This document shows, piece after piece, positions 1 through 12,012 of a DNA stretch of 47,242 nucleotides. The notes below the pieces were generated by a model. The model was not told the origin of the DNA, did no database searches, and was given only the letters and a program-made list of their open reading frames with translations. Both the position numbers and the translations under genes were made by a program. Source of the stretch: Malacoraja senta (lineage: Eukaryota); the NCBI GenBank assembly GCA_038087875.1, contig JAXLNO010000507.1:1-47242 (forward strand). Direction: 5' to 3'. Position 1 is the first letter of the stretch. Every line of letters starts with the position of its first letter.

Positions 1-135
1 CTTGGGCAGCTTGCAGCGGCATGAACATTGACTTCTCTAACTTCAAGTAGCTGGAGTAACTCAGCGGGACAGGCAGCAGCATCTCTGGAGAGAAGGAATG
101 GGTGACGTTTCGGTTCGAGACCCTTCTTCAGACTG
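1..135. mobile_element. PLE fragment: ORF 3' end (+) joined to an inverted terminal segment
   Basis: cttgggcagcttgcag...atgaacattgacttctctaacttcaagtag matches the PLE ORF end (LGSL...MNIDFSNFK*). It is followed by a minus-strand tail with a hammerhead-like motif at about 104-131. Confidence 0.75.
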
Positions 136-924
136 GGAGCCCTTGTCACGACCTCTCTCCCGCCCCCCCATCCCTTCATCTAGGAACTACAGTGCAAGGC
201 TTGAACATCCTGTGCCTGGCCCAACGTTTAGTTCTGACTGCTCTCCAAGCTGCACAATAACTTCCACTGATGTTAGTTGTCAATGAGCACTGTGACCTTG
301 GAAAGTACAAGTGTAATTCCAATTAGTGTCAGCTTGATTTAGCTGGTACACTGGTTGCTGAAATTACTCCTTTTATTTGTGTTCATGCAGAATCCAGCAC
401 AAAATGACTGGACTTTAACCATTCTAATTTATATATAAGCTGCAGAATTTGTATATAAGCTGGCAATATATAGACACAAGGACCTGCGGATGCTGGTTTA
501 AAAAAAAAAGGGAAGAGAGTGCCAGGGTGGTACAGTGGCGCAGGGTGGTACGGGTTTGATCCTCATCTCGGGTGCTGTCTGTGTGGAGTTTGCACGTTCA
601 CCCTGCGACCGCGTGGGTTTCCTCCAGGTCCTTCATTTTCCTCCCACAAGCCAAAGGTGTGAGGACTTGCCCCTAGTGTGTAGGGAGTGGATGTGAAAGT
701 GGGACAACATTGTACTAGTGTGAAAGGGTGATCGATGGTCGGCGTGGATTTGGTGGGCTGAAGGGCCTGTTGCCATCCTGTTTCAATCAAAAAGAAAATC
801 AGCGGATCGGGTAGCATCTCTGGAGGACATGGATAGGTAACGTGTTGGGTGGGGACAATTCTTCAGTTTTTGTTTCTGTGGCAGAATATTACAGGTCTTC
901 AATTGCCAAATAAGTTCTTAAATT

Positions 925-1355
925 CTAGGAGCAGAATTAGGCCATTCGGCCCATCAAATCTACACCCGCCATTCACTCATGGCCGATCTATCTTTCCCTC
1001 TCAACCCCATTCTCCTGCCTTCTCCCCATAACCCCCTGTCACCCATATTAACCAAAAATCTATCGATTTCTGCCTTAAAAATATCCATTGACTTGGCCTC
1101 CACAATCTTCTGTGGCAAAGAATTCCACAGATTCACCAACCTTTGACTAAAGAAATTCCTCCTCATTTCCTTCCTAAAGGTATGTCCTTTTATTCTGAGG
1201 TTATGGTCCTAGACTCTCCCACTAGTGGAAACATCCTCTCCACATACACTCTACCCAGGCCTTTCACTATTTGGTAAGTTTCAATGATGTCCCCCTCATC
1301 CTTCTAAACTCCAGCGAGTACAGGCCTAGTGCGGTCAAACGCTCATCATATGTTG
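925..1355 (-). mobile_element. CR1 LINE 3' fragment
   Basis: MRRNFFSQRLVNLWNSLPQKIVEA-type ORF2 C-terminus plus 3' UTR. Confidence 0.9.
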
Positions 1356-1767
1356 CCCCAACCATTGCTGGGGTCGTTGCCATTCTAGAGCATGATTTAC
1401 CATTCTAATGCATGTTTCCAGCTCCAACAACCTTCGAGGTCTGACAGTTTCTGGCCCGATCACCATTAAAGTCAATAGCTTTTGATGATCAAATCTGTGT
1501 CTATGACTAGACAGTGATGTTTATCCAAAGATGCTCTTGAAACTGGTGATTGGAATATGTAGTGATTGGACGATCTAGTGATTGGAACCACCTGGTGATG
1601 GTTTCCATAGTTGTTGTTGGAATTTCTTTGAAGTCATGGAATGATGATTGTAATTCCTTATATGTGGCATCTCATCAACTTTCAATCTCGATTCCTTTGG
1701 AAATTGAACTTAATCAGGAGAGAGCCGAAGGATGAGAAGTCCAAATTGCTTTACTTCAAGAATGATG

Positions 1768-2078
1768 CACAGAATCTCTTGCCCAGAGTAGAGGAATCGA
1801 GGACCAGAGGACATTGGTTCAAGTGGAAGGGGAAAAGATTTAATAGGAATCTGAGGGGTAACTTTTTCACACAAAGGGCGGTGGGTGCATGGAACAAGCT
1901 GCCAGAGGAGGTGGTTGAGGCTGGGACTATCCCAACATTTAAAAAGCAGTTAGACAGGTACATGGATAGGACAGGTTTGGAGGGATATGGACCAAGTGCA
2001 GGCAGGTGGGACTAATGTAACTGGGACATGTTGGCCGGTGTGGGCAAGTTGAACCAAAGGGCCTGTATATGACTCTAT
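1768..2078 (+). mobile_element. CR1 LINE 3' fragment (second subfamily)
   Basis: SRTRGH...RGNFFTQRAVGAWNKLPEEVVEAG. Related copies at about 2520-2890 (-), 9465-9762 (+), 26690-26890 (-) and 45068-45400 (-). Confidence 0.9.
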
Positions 2079-2969
2079 GGCTCTATTGAAAAGAGCAGAT
2101 GGTGTAAGGAGGCAGTCAGCAGATCAGCCTCTACAGAGAGAGAAACTGAGTCACTGTTTGAGCTTGATGATCTTTCTTCAGAGCAGAAATGGTAGTGCCA
2201 TTTTCCCACCACTGATGCTGCCCGACCTTTTGAGTCTTTTCATCATTTTCTGCATTTATTTCAGTTGTCCAACAGCCACACATTTTTGTTTTCCACTGTA
2301 GACACAGGGAACCGCAGATGCCGGAATCCTGCTTAGAACACAGTGCTGGAGTAACTCAATGGGTCAGGCAGCATCTGTGGAGGACATCGATCGGCGACAT
2401 TTCGGATTTGGACCCTGCTTCAGACTAGGGCGATGTTTTGCATCGCCTACCCATGTCCTCCATAGAAGCTGTCTGACCCGCTAAGTTACTCAAGCACTTT
2501 GTGTTCTGTAAAACTATTGAATCATCGAGTCATACAGCATGGAAACAGACCCTTCAGCCCAACTTGCCCATGCTGACCAACATGTCCATCTACACTAGTC
2601 AGTCCCACCTGCCCGCATTTGGCTGTATCCCACAAAACCTGCCCTGTTCATGTACCTGTCTAAATGTTTCTTAAACATTGCAATGCCACCTGCCTCAACA
2701 ACCTCCTCCAGCAACATGTTTCATGCACCCACCACCCTTTTGTGTAAAAAGTTACCCCTCGGGTTTCTATTAAATCTTTCTCCCCTCACCTTAAACCTAT
2801 GTCCTCTGGTTCTTGATTCCCCTACTCTGGGCAAAAGACCGTGTGTTTACCCGAGCCATTTCTCTCATGATTTTGTACACCGCTGTAAAATCACCTGCAG
2901 CATCTGCAAAATTGTAGAATGTCTTTCCTAACCACTGATGTTCCAAAGTGCTTCATAGCCAGAGAAGTG

Positions 2970-3295
2970 GGCGGCATGGTGGCGCAGTGGTAGAGGTGCT
3001 GCCTTGCAGCGCTTACAGCACGGGAGATCTGGGTTCGAATCCAACCACTGGTCTGTCTTTATGGAGTTTGTACGTTCTCCCCGTGACCGGGTACGTTGTC
3101 TCCGACATCTTCGGTTTCCTCTCACACTCCAAAGACGTACAGGTTTGTAGGTTAATTGGCTTGGTATAAGTGTAAATTGTCCCCAGTGTGTGTAGGATAG
3201 TGTTGGTGCGCAGGGATTGTTGGGCGGTGCGGACTCGGTGGGCCGAAGGGCCTGCTTCGGCGTTTGTACCTCTAAACGAAACCACACTAAACCAA
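2970..3295 (+). mobile_element. HE1/V-SINE-like tRNA-derived SINE
   Basis: A box TGGCGCAGTGG, B box GGTTCGAATCC, V-domain-like body, CR1-like tail gggccgaagggcctg. Confidence 0.88.
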
Positions 3296-3689
3296 AGTAG
3301 GCATGAATTCACACCACTGTTGTACTGTAGGGAAGTTAGAATCAGCCTGATAGCAATTGAGGATTTCAGAATTTAAAAAACTCCGACTTTGCGGATCAAT
3401 CCTAATTTCAGTACAAGACATTCTAACTTCAAAGAGTTCACTTGCTTTCAACCCCAATCATAACCGGCTTCAAGGCATTTGGCTGAAGTACTGTCATAAC
3501 TTCATGTTAAATATTAGATCATTTTTATCCTTCTAAGTGAGTGAGTTTCATAAATATTTACAGCCAAAGTCCCAATGTGGATTTGTGATCGATGCAACTA
3601 TTTTGCTTTTCAAATCATATTTTACACCCCAAATGTGTGCATTCATCTTGAATATTGTTTTACAGGCGATAAAGCACACTGTTAGTTTG

Positions 3690-5962
3690 GAGGGTAAGAA
3701 ACTGCGACTGGTGGAGATGAATTTATAATGGGAAACAAGGAAATGGCAGAAATGTTAAACGAGTACTTTGGTTCTGTCTTCACCCAGAAATACTGGGGGG
3801 ACTGAGGAACTAGTGGGAGGGAGGAACTGAAGGGAATCCACATTATTCAGGAAATGGTGTTAGGTAAACTGTTGGGACTGAAGACAGATAAATCACCAGG
3901 GGCCTGATGGTCTGCATCCCAGAGTACTCTGCACGACAGATGGCGCAATGGGCTAAGTGTTCGGCTGGCAACCGGAAGGTAGCCGGTTCGAATCCCGCTT
4001 GGAGTGCATACTGTCGTTGTGTCCTTGGGCAAGACACTTCACCCACCTTTGCCTGCGTGTGAATGTGTGTGAGTGATTGGTGGTGGTCGGAGGGGCCGTG
4101 GGCGCAGATTAGCAGCCACGCTTCCGTCATGCTGCCCCAGGGCAGCTGTAGCTACAGAAGTAGCTCACCACCACCGAGTGTGACTGAGGAGTGAATGAAT
4201 AATGCGATGTAAAGCGCCTTGAGTATTAGAAAGGCGCTATATAAATCCCATCCATTATTATTATTATTACTCAAGAAGGTGGCCAATTCTCTGGATGCTT
4301 TCAAGAGAGAGTTGGATAGAGCTCTTAAAGATAGCGGAGTCAGGGGATATGGGGAAAAGGCAGGAACGGGGTACTGATTGTGGATGGTCAGCCATGATCA
4401 CAGTGAATGGCGGTGCTGGTTCGAAGGGCCGAATGGCCTACTCGTGCACCTATTGTCTATTGTCTATTGCCCTAGAAATCGTGGATACATTGGTGCTCAT
4501 TTTCCAAAGTTCTCTCGACTCTGGATCAGTTCCTGTGGACTGGAGGGTAGCCAATGTAACCCCATTTTTTAAGAAAGGAGGGAGAGAGAAAACAGGGAAT
4601 TCTAGACCAGTTAGCCTTACATGGGGAAGATGCCTGAGTCGATTGTTAAAGATGTTATAGCAGAGCATTTGGAAAACAGTGACAGGATCGGTCAAAGTCA
4701 GCATGGAGTTATGAAGTGGGAAATCACGCTTGACTAATCTTCTGGAATTTTTTGAGAATGTAACAAGTAGAATGGATAAGGGAGAGCCAGTGGATGTGGT
4801 GTATCTGGACTTTCAAAAAGTCTTTGACAAGGTCCCACACAAGAGATTATTGTGCCAAATTAGACCACATGGTATTGGGGGTAGGGTATTGACATGGATA
4901 GAGAACTGGTTGGAAGACAGGAAGCAAAGAGCAGGAATTAACGGGTCCTTTTCAGAATGGCAGGCAGTGACTAGTGGGGTGCTGCAAGACTCAGTGCTGG
5001 GACCCCAGTTATTTACAATATATATTAACGAATTAGACGAGGGAATTAAATGTGACATCTCCAAGTTTGCGGATGACACAAAACTCTGTGGCAATGTGAG
5101 CTGCGATGAGGATGCTATGAGGCTGCAGGGTGACTTGGATAGGTTGGGTGAGTGGGCAGATGCATGGAAGATGCAGTATAATGAGGATAAATGTGAGGTT
5201 ATCCACTTTAGTGGCAAGAACAGGAAGGCAGATTATTATCTGAATGGTGTCAGATTATGAAATGGGGAGGTGCAACGAGACCTGGGTGTGCTTGTACATC
5301 AGTCACTGAAAATACGCATGCAGGTACAGCAGTCAGTGAAGAAAGCTAATGGCATGTTGGCCTTCATTGCGAGAGGATTTGAGTTTAGGAGCAAGGAGGT
5401 CCTTCTGCAGTTTTGCAAGGCCCTGGTGAGACCGCATCTGGAGTATTGTGTGCAATTTTGGTTTCCTAATTTGAGAAGGACATTATTGCTATTGAGCATA
5501 GGTTCACCAGATTAATTCCCGGGATGGCGGGACTGACATATTATGAAAGAATGGGTCGACTGAGCTTGTATTCACTGGAATTTAGAAGGATGAGAGGGAA
5601 TCTTATGGCAACATATAAAATTCTTAAAGTATTGGACAGGCTAGATGCAGGAAAAATGTTCCCAATGTTGGAGGAGTCCAGAACCTGGGGTCACAGTTTA
5701 AGAATGAGGGATAGGCCATTTAGGACTGAGATGAGGAAAAACTTTTTCACCCAGAGAGTTGTGAATCTGAGGAATTCTCTGTCACGGTAGGCAGTGGGGG
5801 CAAATCACTGGATGTTTTCAAGAGAGAGTTAGATTTAGCTCTTAGGGCTACAGGAATCAAGGGATATGGGGAAAAAGCAGGAACGGGGTAGTGATTTTAG
5901 ATGATCAGCCATGATCATATTGAATGTCGGTGATGGCTCCACGATTTCTATGTTTCTATGTC
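3690..5962 (+). mobile_element. CR1-clade LINE (HER1-like), 5'-truncated, degenerate ORF2 reverse transcriptase
   Basis: TNLLEFFE...VDVVYLDFQKVFDKVPH...SKFADDTKL...RDLGVLV...LVRPHLEYCVQFW, with stops and frameshifts, and a (tttctatg)n tail. Contains a nested SINE (3930-4267) and a nested CR1 tail (about 4282-4468). Confidence 0.95.
3930..4267 (+). mobile_element. tRNA-derived SINE with CORE-like segment and L2-type tail, distinct from the dominant SINE
   Basis: A box TGGCGCAATGG, B box GGTTCGAATCC, gtgtccttgggcaagacactt, tail tgtaaagcgccttgag...aaaggcgctatataaat...(att)n. TACTC is duplicated on both sides within the CR1. Confidence 0.85.
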
Positions 5963-6936
5963 TACATCCACCATCAAATAGTAGAAACAAGGAACTGCAG
6001 ACGCTGGTTCATACCAAAGATAGACACAGAGTGCTGGAATCCTGTAAATCCATTCAAACCTGCAGACTTCTTTCATCAACTAGCGGAGTCAGGGGATATG
6101 GGAAGAAGGCAGGAACGGGGTACTGATTGGAGATGATCAGCCATGATCACATTGACTGGCGGTGCTGGCTCAAAAGGCCGAATGGCCTACTCCTGCACCT
6201 ATTGTCTATTGCCTATTGTCAAAAGTGAGATTATGTTATTAGCCGCAAACCCTATTCCGGTGGCGTTTGACTGAAAAACATAGAATTTAATAATATCTTA
6301 AATTATTCAAATGCATGTTCAATGAAGTGTCCGGTGTCTGGATATGACTTGTACACGTGATTATTTTTGTGTGATTTTAAATGCATTTTTTGTATGTCTG
6401 TGTGTTATGCCTGCGTCACATGTATCTTTATTTATGAGCTGGTGCAACATGTCCAAACACAGAAACAAAGTGTTGTGTTTTATTAAAATATTCCATCAGG
6501 CACGCATGGTTTCAATCCCCTTTTTCAGAGATGCTATTTACCCAAGAGCATGTTTTTCGATAATGCCCCAAATTTTTTAATTCCTCATTCAGAATTACTT
6601 TGTCACTCGGGATCGCATTATGTTTTAGTTTTTTAGAGATACGGAGCCCTCTATAGACAATAATAGATAATAGACAATAGGTGCAGGAGTAGGCCATTCG
6701 GCCCTTCGAGCCAGCACCACCATTCAATGTGATCATGGCTGATCATCCACAATCAGTACCCCATTCCTGCCTTCTCCCCATATCCCCTGACTCCGCTATT
6801 TTTAAGAGCCCTATCTAGCTCTCTCTTTTAAGCATCCAGAGAACCTGCCTCCACCGCCCTCTGAGGCAGAGAATTCCACAGACTCACAACTCTCTTTGTG
6901 AAAAAGTGTTTCCTCATATCCGTTCTAAATGCCTTA

Positions 6937-7383
6937 AGGGCCTGTCCCACGGGCATGTGACTCCATGCGGCAAGCGCGACCTAACCGGAAGCGGGGGCCG
7001 ATCGGGGGCCGCGCGGAGGTCGAGGGACCGGTCCCACTTCGATCGCCGTAGCCGTATGGAGTCGTGCGGAGCTGGTCCCGACATCGCGAGGGTCTCTGAA
7101 AAACTGACAGTGTTCAAAAATTCCGCACGGCAACGGCCTGCCGCCCCGCAACCGCATCGACGACCGTGCGCACCGCCTCGACGCCGTACGCACCGTCTTG
7201 ACGTCAATCGACCTCCGCGCGGCCCCCGCTTCCGGTTAGGTCGCGCTTGCCGCATGGAGCCGCATGCTGGTGGGACCGGCCCTGTACGGGGATCACTCGA
7301 CCTCCGCGCGGCCCCCGCCAGGCCCCCGCTTCCGGTTAGGTTGCGCTTGCCGCATGGAGTCGCATGCCCGTGGGACAGGCCCT
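6937..7383. mobile_element. PIF/Harbinger-like MITE, family A
   Basis: TTA|AGGGCCTGTCCCACGGGCATG...CATGCCCGTGGGACAGGCCCT|TTA with long TIRs. It splits a CR1 whose empty site is visible at 27950-27965. Confidence 0.85.
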
Positions 7384-8296
7384 TTACCCCTTATTCTTAA
7401 AAAGTCGGCACCGGCCAGCGATCCCCGCACACTAACACTACCCTACACACACTAGGGACAATTTACATTTATACAAAGCCCCTAGTGCGTGTAGGGTAGT
7501 GTTAATGTGCGGGGATCACTGGTCGGTACGGACTCGGCGGGCCGAAGGACCTGTTTCCTCTGCAGAATCTCTAAACTAAACACTAGCTCGGTTGAAAGTG
7601 ACAGTGAATGTTTGCTTAAGTGTTTCAGAATACAATTGAAAGTGATCAGAAGTGACCAGTTCACAGCTATTAAAGTCTTAAGGAAGAGTTACCAGGCATT
7701 AACGATGCAGAATGGAGCAGCAGTTGCCTTAACGGCGAGAACATTAACTAACTGAAGTGGAGATGAAAAGACGCAAAAATGAATTAGGAGCGCTTGGCAA
7801 TTGTGTTTCCAGTGACGGGTTCGAACCCTCCATCAATGGACCGGATTAACGTTGAAAACTGCTGGAATTAATTATTTTCAAAACACTAATAATGTACCTG
7901 GGAGACTTTCGAGAATGGTGTTGAGATTAGAGCTTTCTTTAAAGCACTGTAGCACATAGAGGGGGAAAGGATGTGTTGGCAGATCCATTGATAAGCGTTT
8001 ACCTGCCAGATGCTGTTACCTGTGATTTGTACGGATGAGCGAGTGGCAGGAAATTAATGGCCGTGAAACACCTCCAAGTTGTAAGCACACACTCTCTGGC
8101 AACAGTTAATCAGGAGTTGGCAGATGAAGCAGTCCAGAAGCAACAGTGAGCTCGTTGTTATTCAACCAGAATGGCCTTGGGGCAAGCCAAAGGTTGCCTG
8201 GATGTCTTCATCTTTCAGGGTGAATTAACCAAGAAAGGAATCTATTTCACAACGGACGGTGACTTGTGCTACCGTTTCTCTCCACTTACAAAAATG

Positions 8297-8582
8297 GGCG
8301 GCGCAGCGGTAGAGTCGCTGCCTCACAGCGCTAGAGACCCGGGTTCGATCCTGACTACGGGTGCTGTCTGTACCGAGTTTGCACGTTCTCCCCGTGACCT
8401 GCGTGGGTTTTCTTCCACACTCCAAAGACGTGGAGGTTTGTAGGTTAATTGGCTCAGCATGAATGTAAATGGTCCCTAGTGTGTGTCGGGCAGTGTGAAT
8501 ATGCGGGGGTCGCTGGTCGGCACGGACGCGGTGGGCCGAACGGGTCTGTTTCTGCGCTGTATCTGTAAAATCTAAAATTAAA
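8297..8582 (+). mobile_element. HE1/V-SINE-like SINE
   Basis: Same consensus as 2970-3295. Other copies at about 530-785 (+), 8815-8955 (-), 12409-12527 (-) and 15083-15228 (+). Confidence 0.88.
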
Positions 8583-10876
8583 ATAAGTAGTGAGTAATGA
8601 GTCACTGCAGTGCCCCGTCTTTAACAGTGAATAGAAAAACATCTTCTCATTAAGGCTTGAAATTTATATATTTTTCCTTCAGACCTGCGTTTCACTCAAG
8701 TTATTGATTACTACCAAATAATCATAGCTCAACTGAAATGTATTAGTTATGAGCACAGCCTGTAACACACAGGCCATATGCAGAAATACTCCACTGGACA
8801 TTCGCAAATTCATTTTAGTTTAGTTTAGAGACATGGCATGGAAACAGGCCCTTCGGCCCACCGAGTCCGTGCTGACCGTCAATCACCTGTCCACATTAGT
8901 TCTTGGTTATCCCACTTTCCCATCCACTTCCCTCACATTAGGGGCCATTTGCAGAGGGCAGGCATGGTGGCGCAGCGGTAGAGTAGCTGCCTCACATCCC
9001 CAGAGCCCCAGTTTCCAACCTGACTATGGCCTACACTCCAATATAGCCGAGTGATATGCTTGGAGGAATGTGCACGCATTGTGGAGGTGAAAGGGCTCTC
9101 TTTGCCTGAAGTCATGGGCCTCTAATATGCATCAGCTGAAGTTACAGACATTTGTGTAGCAGTGAGTTTTTTGTTATGAACCTCTGAACCATAGAAAGGC
9201 TTTAGAACCATTCAAACCATAGGCAAGCTGAGGCCTGCCTGCCTGCCATTGTAATGGAATGTAAGGGTAGTTGTGGAATGCAGGTTTGTCGGTTAATTGG
9301 CTTGGTGTAAATGTAAAATTGTCCCTAGTGTGTGTAGGATAGTGTTAGTGTGCGGGGATCGCTGCTCGGCACGGACTTGATGGATCGAAGGGCAGCATCT
9401 CTAATCTATTAAATCTAATAACTCAATTTGGTCAGTTTTCAGGATGTAGAATTAACTGGAATAAAAGAGGACATAGCTTCAAGGTGAAGGGGAAAAGATT
9501 TAATAGGAATCCGAGGGGTAATCTTTTCACACAAAAGGTGGTGGGTGTATGGAACAAGCTGCCAGAGGAGATAGTTGAGGCAGGGACTACCCCAACATTT
9601 AAGAAACAGTTAGACAGGTACATGGATAGGACAAGTTTGGAGGGATATGGAGCAGATACAGGGAGGTGAGACTATTGTAGCTGGGACATGTTAGCCGGTG
9701 TGGGCAGGTTGGGCCGAAGGGCCTGTTTCCGCACTGTATCACTCTATGAGTCTGTGACTCTATTAGTTAGTAAGTAATTTTCTATCTGCGATATATTTTT
9801 GTGCGTCTGACTCGTGTGGGGAAACCATCACAACTTAGCAACAAATAAAGCTGGTGAGAAATGTAAGTGGGGAATTTTCCACTTCCCACTTCAGTGTGGA
9901 GTCTCTCCCTGGAGCCGACGTGGCTGGCAGGCTTGTCATAATCCAAGTGAGTCTACCGCCACAGTCTACCGCACAGAAGGAGCCGCTGCTTATCCTTCAA
10001 GGTGAACAGTCTGTTGGACGAGGGTTATCTAAGGCCAAGAGGGTACGATCGCTCCCCGAACAGCGGGATGCAAGACTAACTCCGATAGACTGGCGGGAAC
10101 TCAGCCAGGCCCAGGAGCGCTGTAGGATTCAGATAGTGAATCATCCTGCTCCTGACGGAGGCTTGTGTTCATTCCCAACACCAGGCCTGCAATCTGAACG
10201 CTGCCTGCCTCGAGATGCCACGAGGTACCTCTCCTCTCCACGGTGGGGAGGGGTCGTCAGCAAGTTGGAGAAGGGAACAAAGTGGGAACCTTTGAAGCCA
10301 CCAGGGCCCCTCCCTTCGAAGGCCAAGCTTACAACATTTACTGTGCAGAGTCAAAGGAACAATTTAGATTCAGGCGTTTGCGTTGCTTGCCCATCCGTAA
10401 ACCGTTCGAATCTTGTGATACAAAACTGATTTACACATCGAGTGACAAAGTGCGGCATTCATCATACTAATTAAAATGGAAATAAACCATCAGCTCAAAC
10501 TTTAAGCGCTTTATACATAATTGCAGCATTAACAGCGGGGGTGTAAATCACTGGGTTATCACATGGAGGCCAGCTGTGTGAGTCTTTTACCGAGTGCGGA
10601 GATTTGAAAGGAGCCTTGTTCCGCCACCTCGAGCGATGGGGCTGAGCGAGTAAGCCTTGGCTTCCCCCTCTCCCCACCTCTCCCCCATCCCAGCTCTCCG
10701 ACCAGTCTGAACTGTCCTGATTACATTTGACATGGTATGCCTCGTTGTCACCTTCCCCGAGCTAACAATTATCTATCCCAAAGATAGACACAAAATGCAG
10801 GAGTAACTCAGCGGGACAGGCAGCATCTCTGGAGAGAGGGAATGGGTGATGTTTCGGGTCGAGACTCTTCTTCAGT

Positions 10877-10904
10877 CTGAAGAAGGGTCTCGACCCGAAA
10901 CGTC
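10877..10904 (+). ncRNA. Putative minimal hammerhead ribozyme motif (PLE-derived)
   Basis: CUGAAGA-A-GGGU(CUCG)ACCC-GAAAC-GUC with intact core. An inverted degenerate copy lies immediately upstream (about 10848-10875). Confidence 0.7.
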
Positions 10905-10918
10905 ACCCATTCCTTCTC

Positions 10919-11626
10919 TGAACTGAACTGAACTTTATTTATAGAACACTTTAAAAACAACCACTGTTGCAACAAAGTGCTGTACATGACTAATCATAAA
11001 CATAAAACGATACAATAAAAACATTAAAAGACAGCAAAAACAATAAAAAACAATAGAAACACTAAAACAGGAACAAAGTCTCATGCCGGGTCAAAAGCCA
11101 AGGAATAGAAAAGGGTTTTAAGACTAGTTTTGAAAATGGACAGTGAGGGGGCCTGTCTAATGTTCAAAGGTAGAGAGTTCCATAATGTCGGAGCAGCAAC
11201 AGAGAAGGCTCTATCCCCTCTGAGCTGCCGCTTAGACCTCGGTACCTCCAGGAGCAGCTGATCAGCTGACCTGAGGCACCGAGCAGGAGCGTAGGGATGA
11301 AGCAGCTCAGAGAGGTAAGGCGGGGCGAGACCATTTAAAGATTTAAAAACAAATAAAAGAATCTTAAAATGAACTCTAAAGTACCCAGGCAGTCAGTGGA
11401 GGGAGGGAGGGAGGCCAGAATAGGCGTTATGTGCTCCCTCTTACGTGTTCCAGTTAAAAGGCGAGCAGCAGCATTCTGAACCAACTGGAGAAGTGCAAGG
11501 GATGATTGGCTAACTCCAAAATAAAGTGCGTTACAGTAATCCAGCCGAGACGTGATGAAGGCATGGATTACTGTTTCAAAATGCTGTTGTTCAAGAAAGG
11601 GCTTCACCTTTGCCAGCTGCCTTAAA
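10919..11626 (-). mobile_element. L2-clade LINE 3' fragment
   Basis: VVKSSFFHLRQLAKVKPFL...HAFITSRLDYCNAL...LQLVQNAAARLLTG...HITPILASL, with a 3' tail aataaa(gttca)n. Confidence 0.92.
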
Positions 11627-11720
11627 TGAAAGAAGCTGGACTTAACTACCACGCCTATTTGACGATCTCCAGAGATGCTGCCGGTCCCGCTGAGTTACTC
11701 CAGCATTTTGTGTCTATCTT

Positions 11721-12012
11721 CAATCGTCTTGGCCCCGGCTCTGGGAGTAGGGAGTGGGGGCGGATCCGGACCGCAACGTCCGTGAGCCCCAGGCCGAGTT
11801 CGGCGATCGTTTGCCTGCTTCTGCTGCTGTTGAAGGTGAGACGTTGCGCCGAGCCAGGGTCTTGGGCCTATCCCACTTTGGCCGTCAGTTACGCCGAAGT
11901 TCACACTCCTCCACGCCACTCCATGCGCCCGTCCCGCGCTACCCACATGCTACCCACACGCTAGCAGGTCGCGTAAATGGCGCGTGAATGAGGGTCAAGT
12001 AGGACAGGCCCT
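11721..12012. mobile_element. Partial PIF/Harbinger-like MITE (right end clear)
   Basis: Ends in AAGTAGGACAGGCCCT|TTA. A TIR-like GGGCCTATCCCACTT lies at 11864-11878. The left boundary is uncertain. Confidence 0.6.

Noticed and set aside
2970..3050. tRNA gene (A and B boxes), and similar sites elsewhere
   Set aside because: These are SINE heads that continue into SINE bodies.
4085..4156. HDV-like ribozyme in the L2-tailed SINE
   Set aside because: Some complementary segments and a hairpin exist, but there is too little sequence between them for P3, L3 and the P1 3' strand in the canonical order.
4730..5790. Functional reverse transcriptase gene
   Set aside because: It is a 5'-truncated CR1 ORF2 broken by stops, frameshifts and nested insertions.
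9854..10429. 191-aa ORF in non-repeat sequence
   Set aside because: It has a GTG start, no recognisable domain and no convincing splice context.
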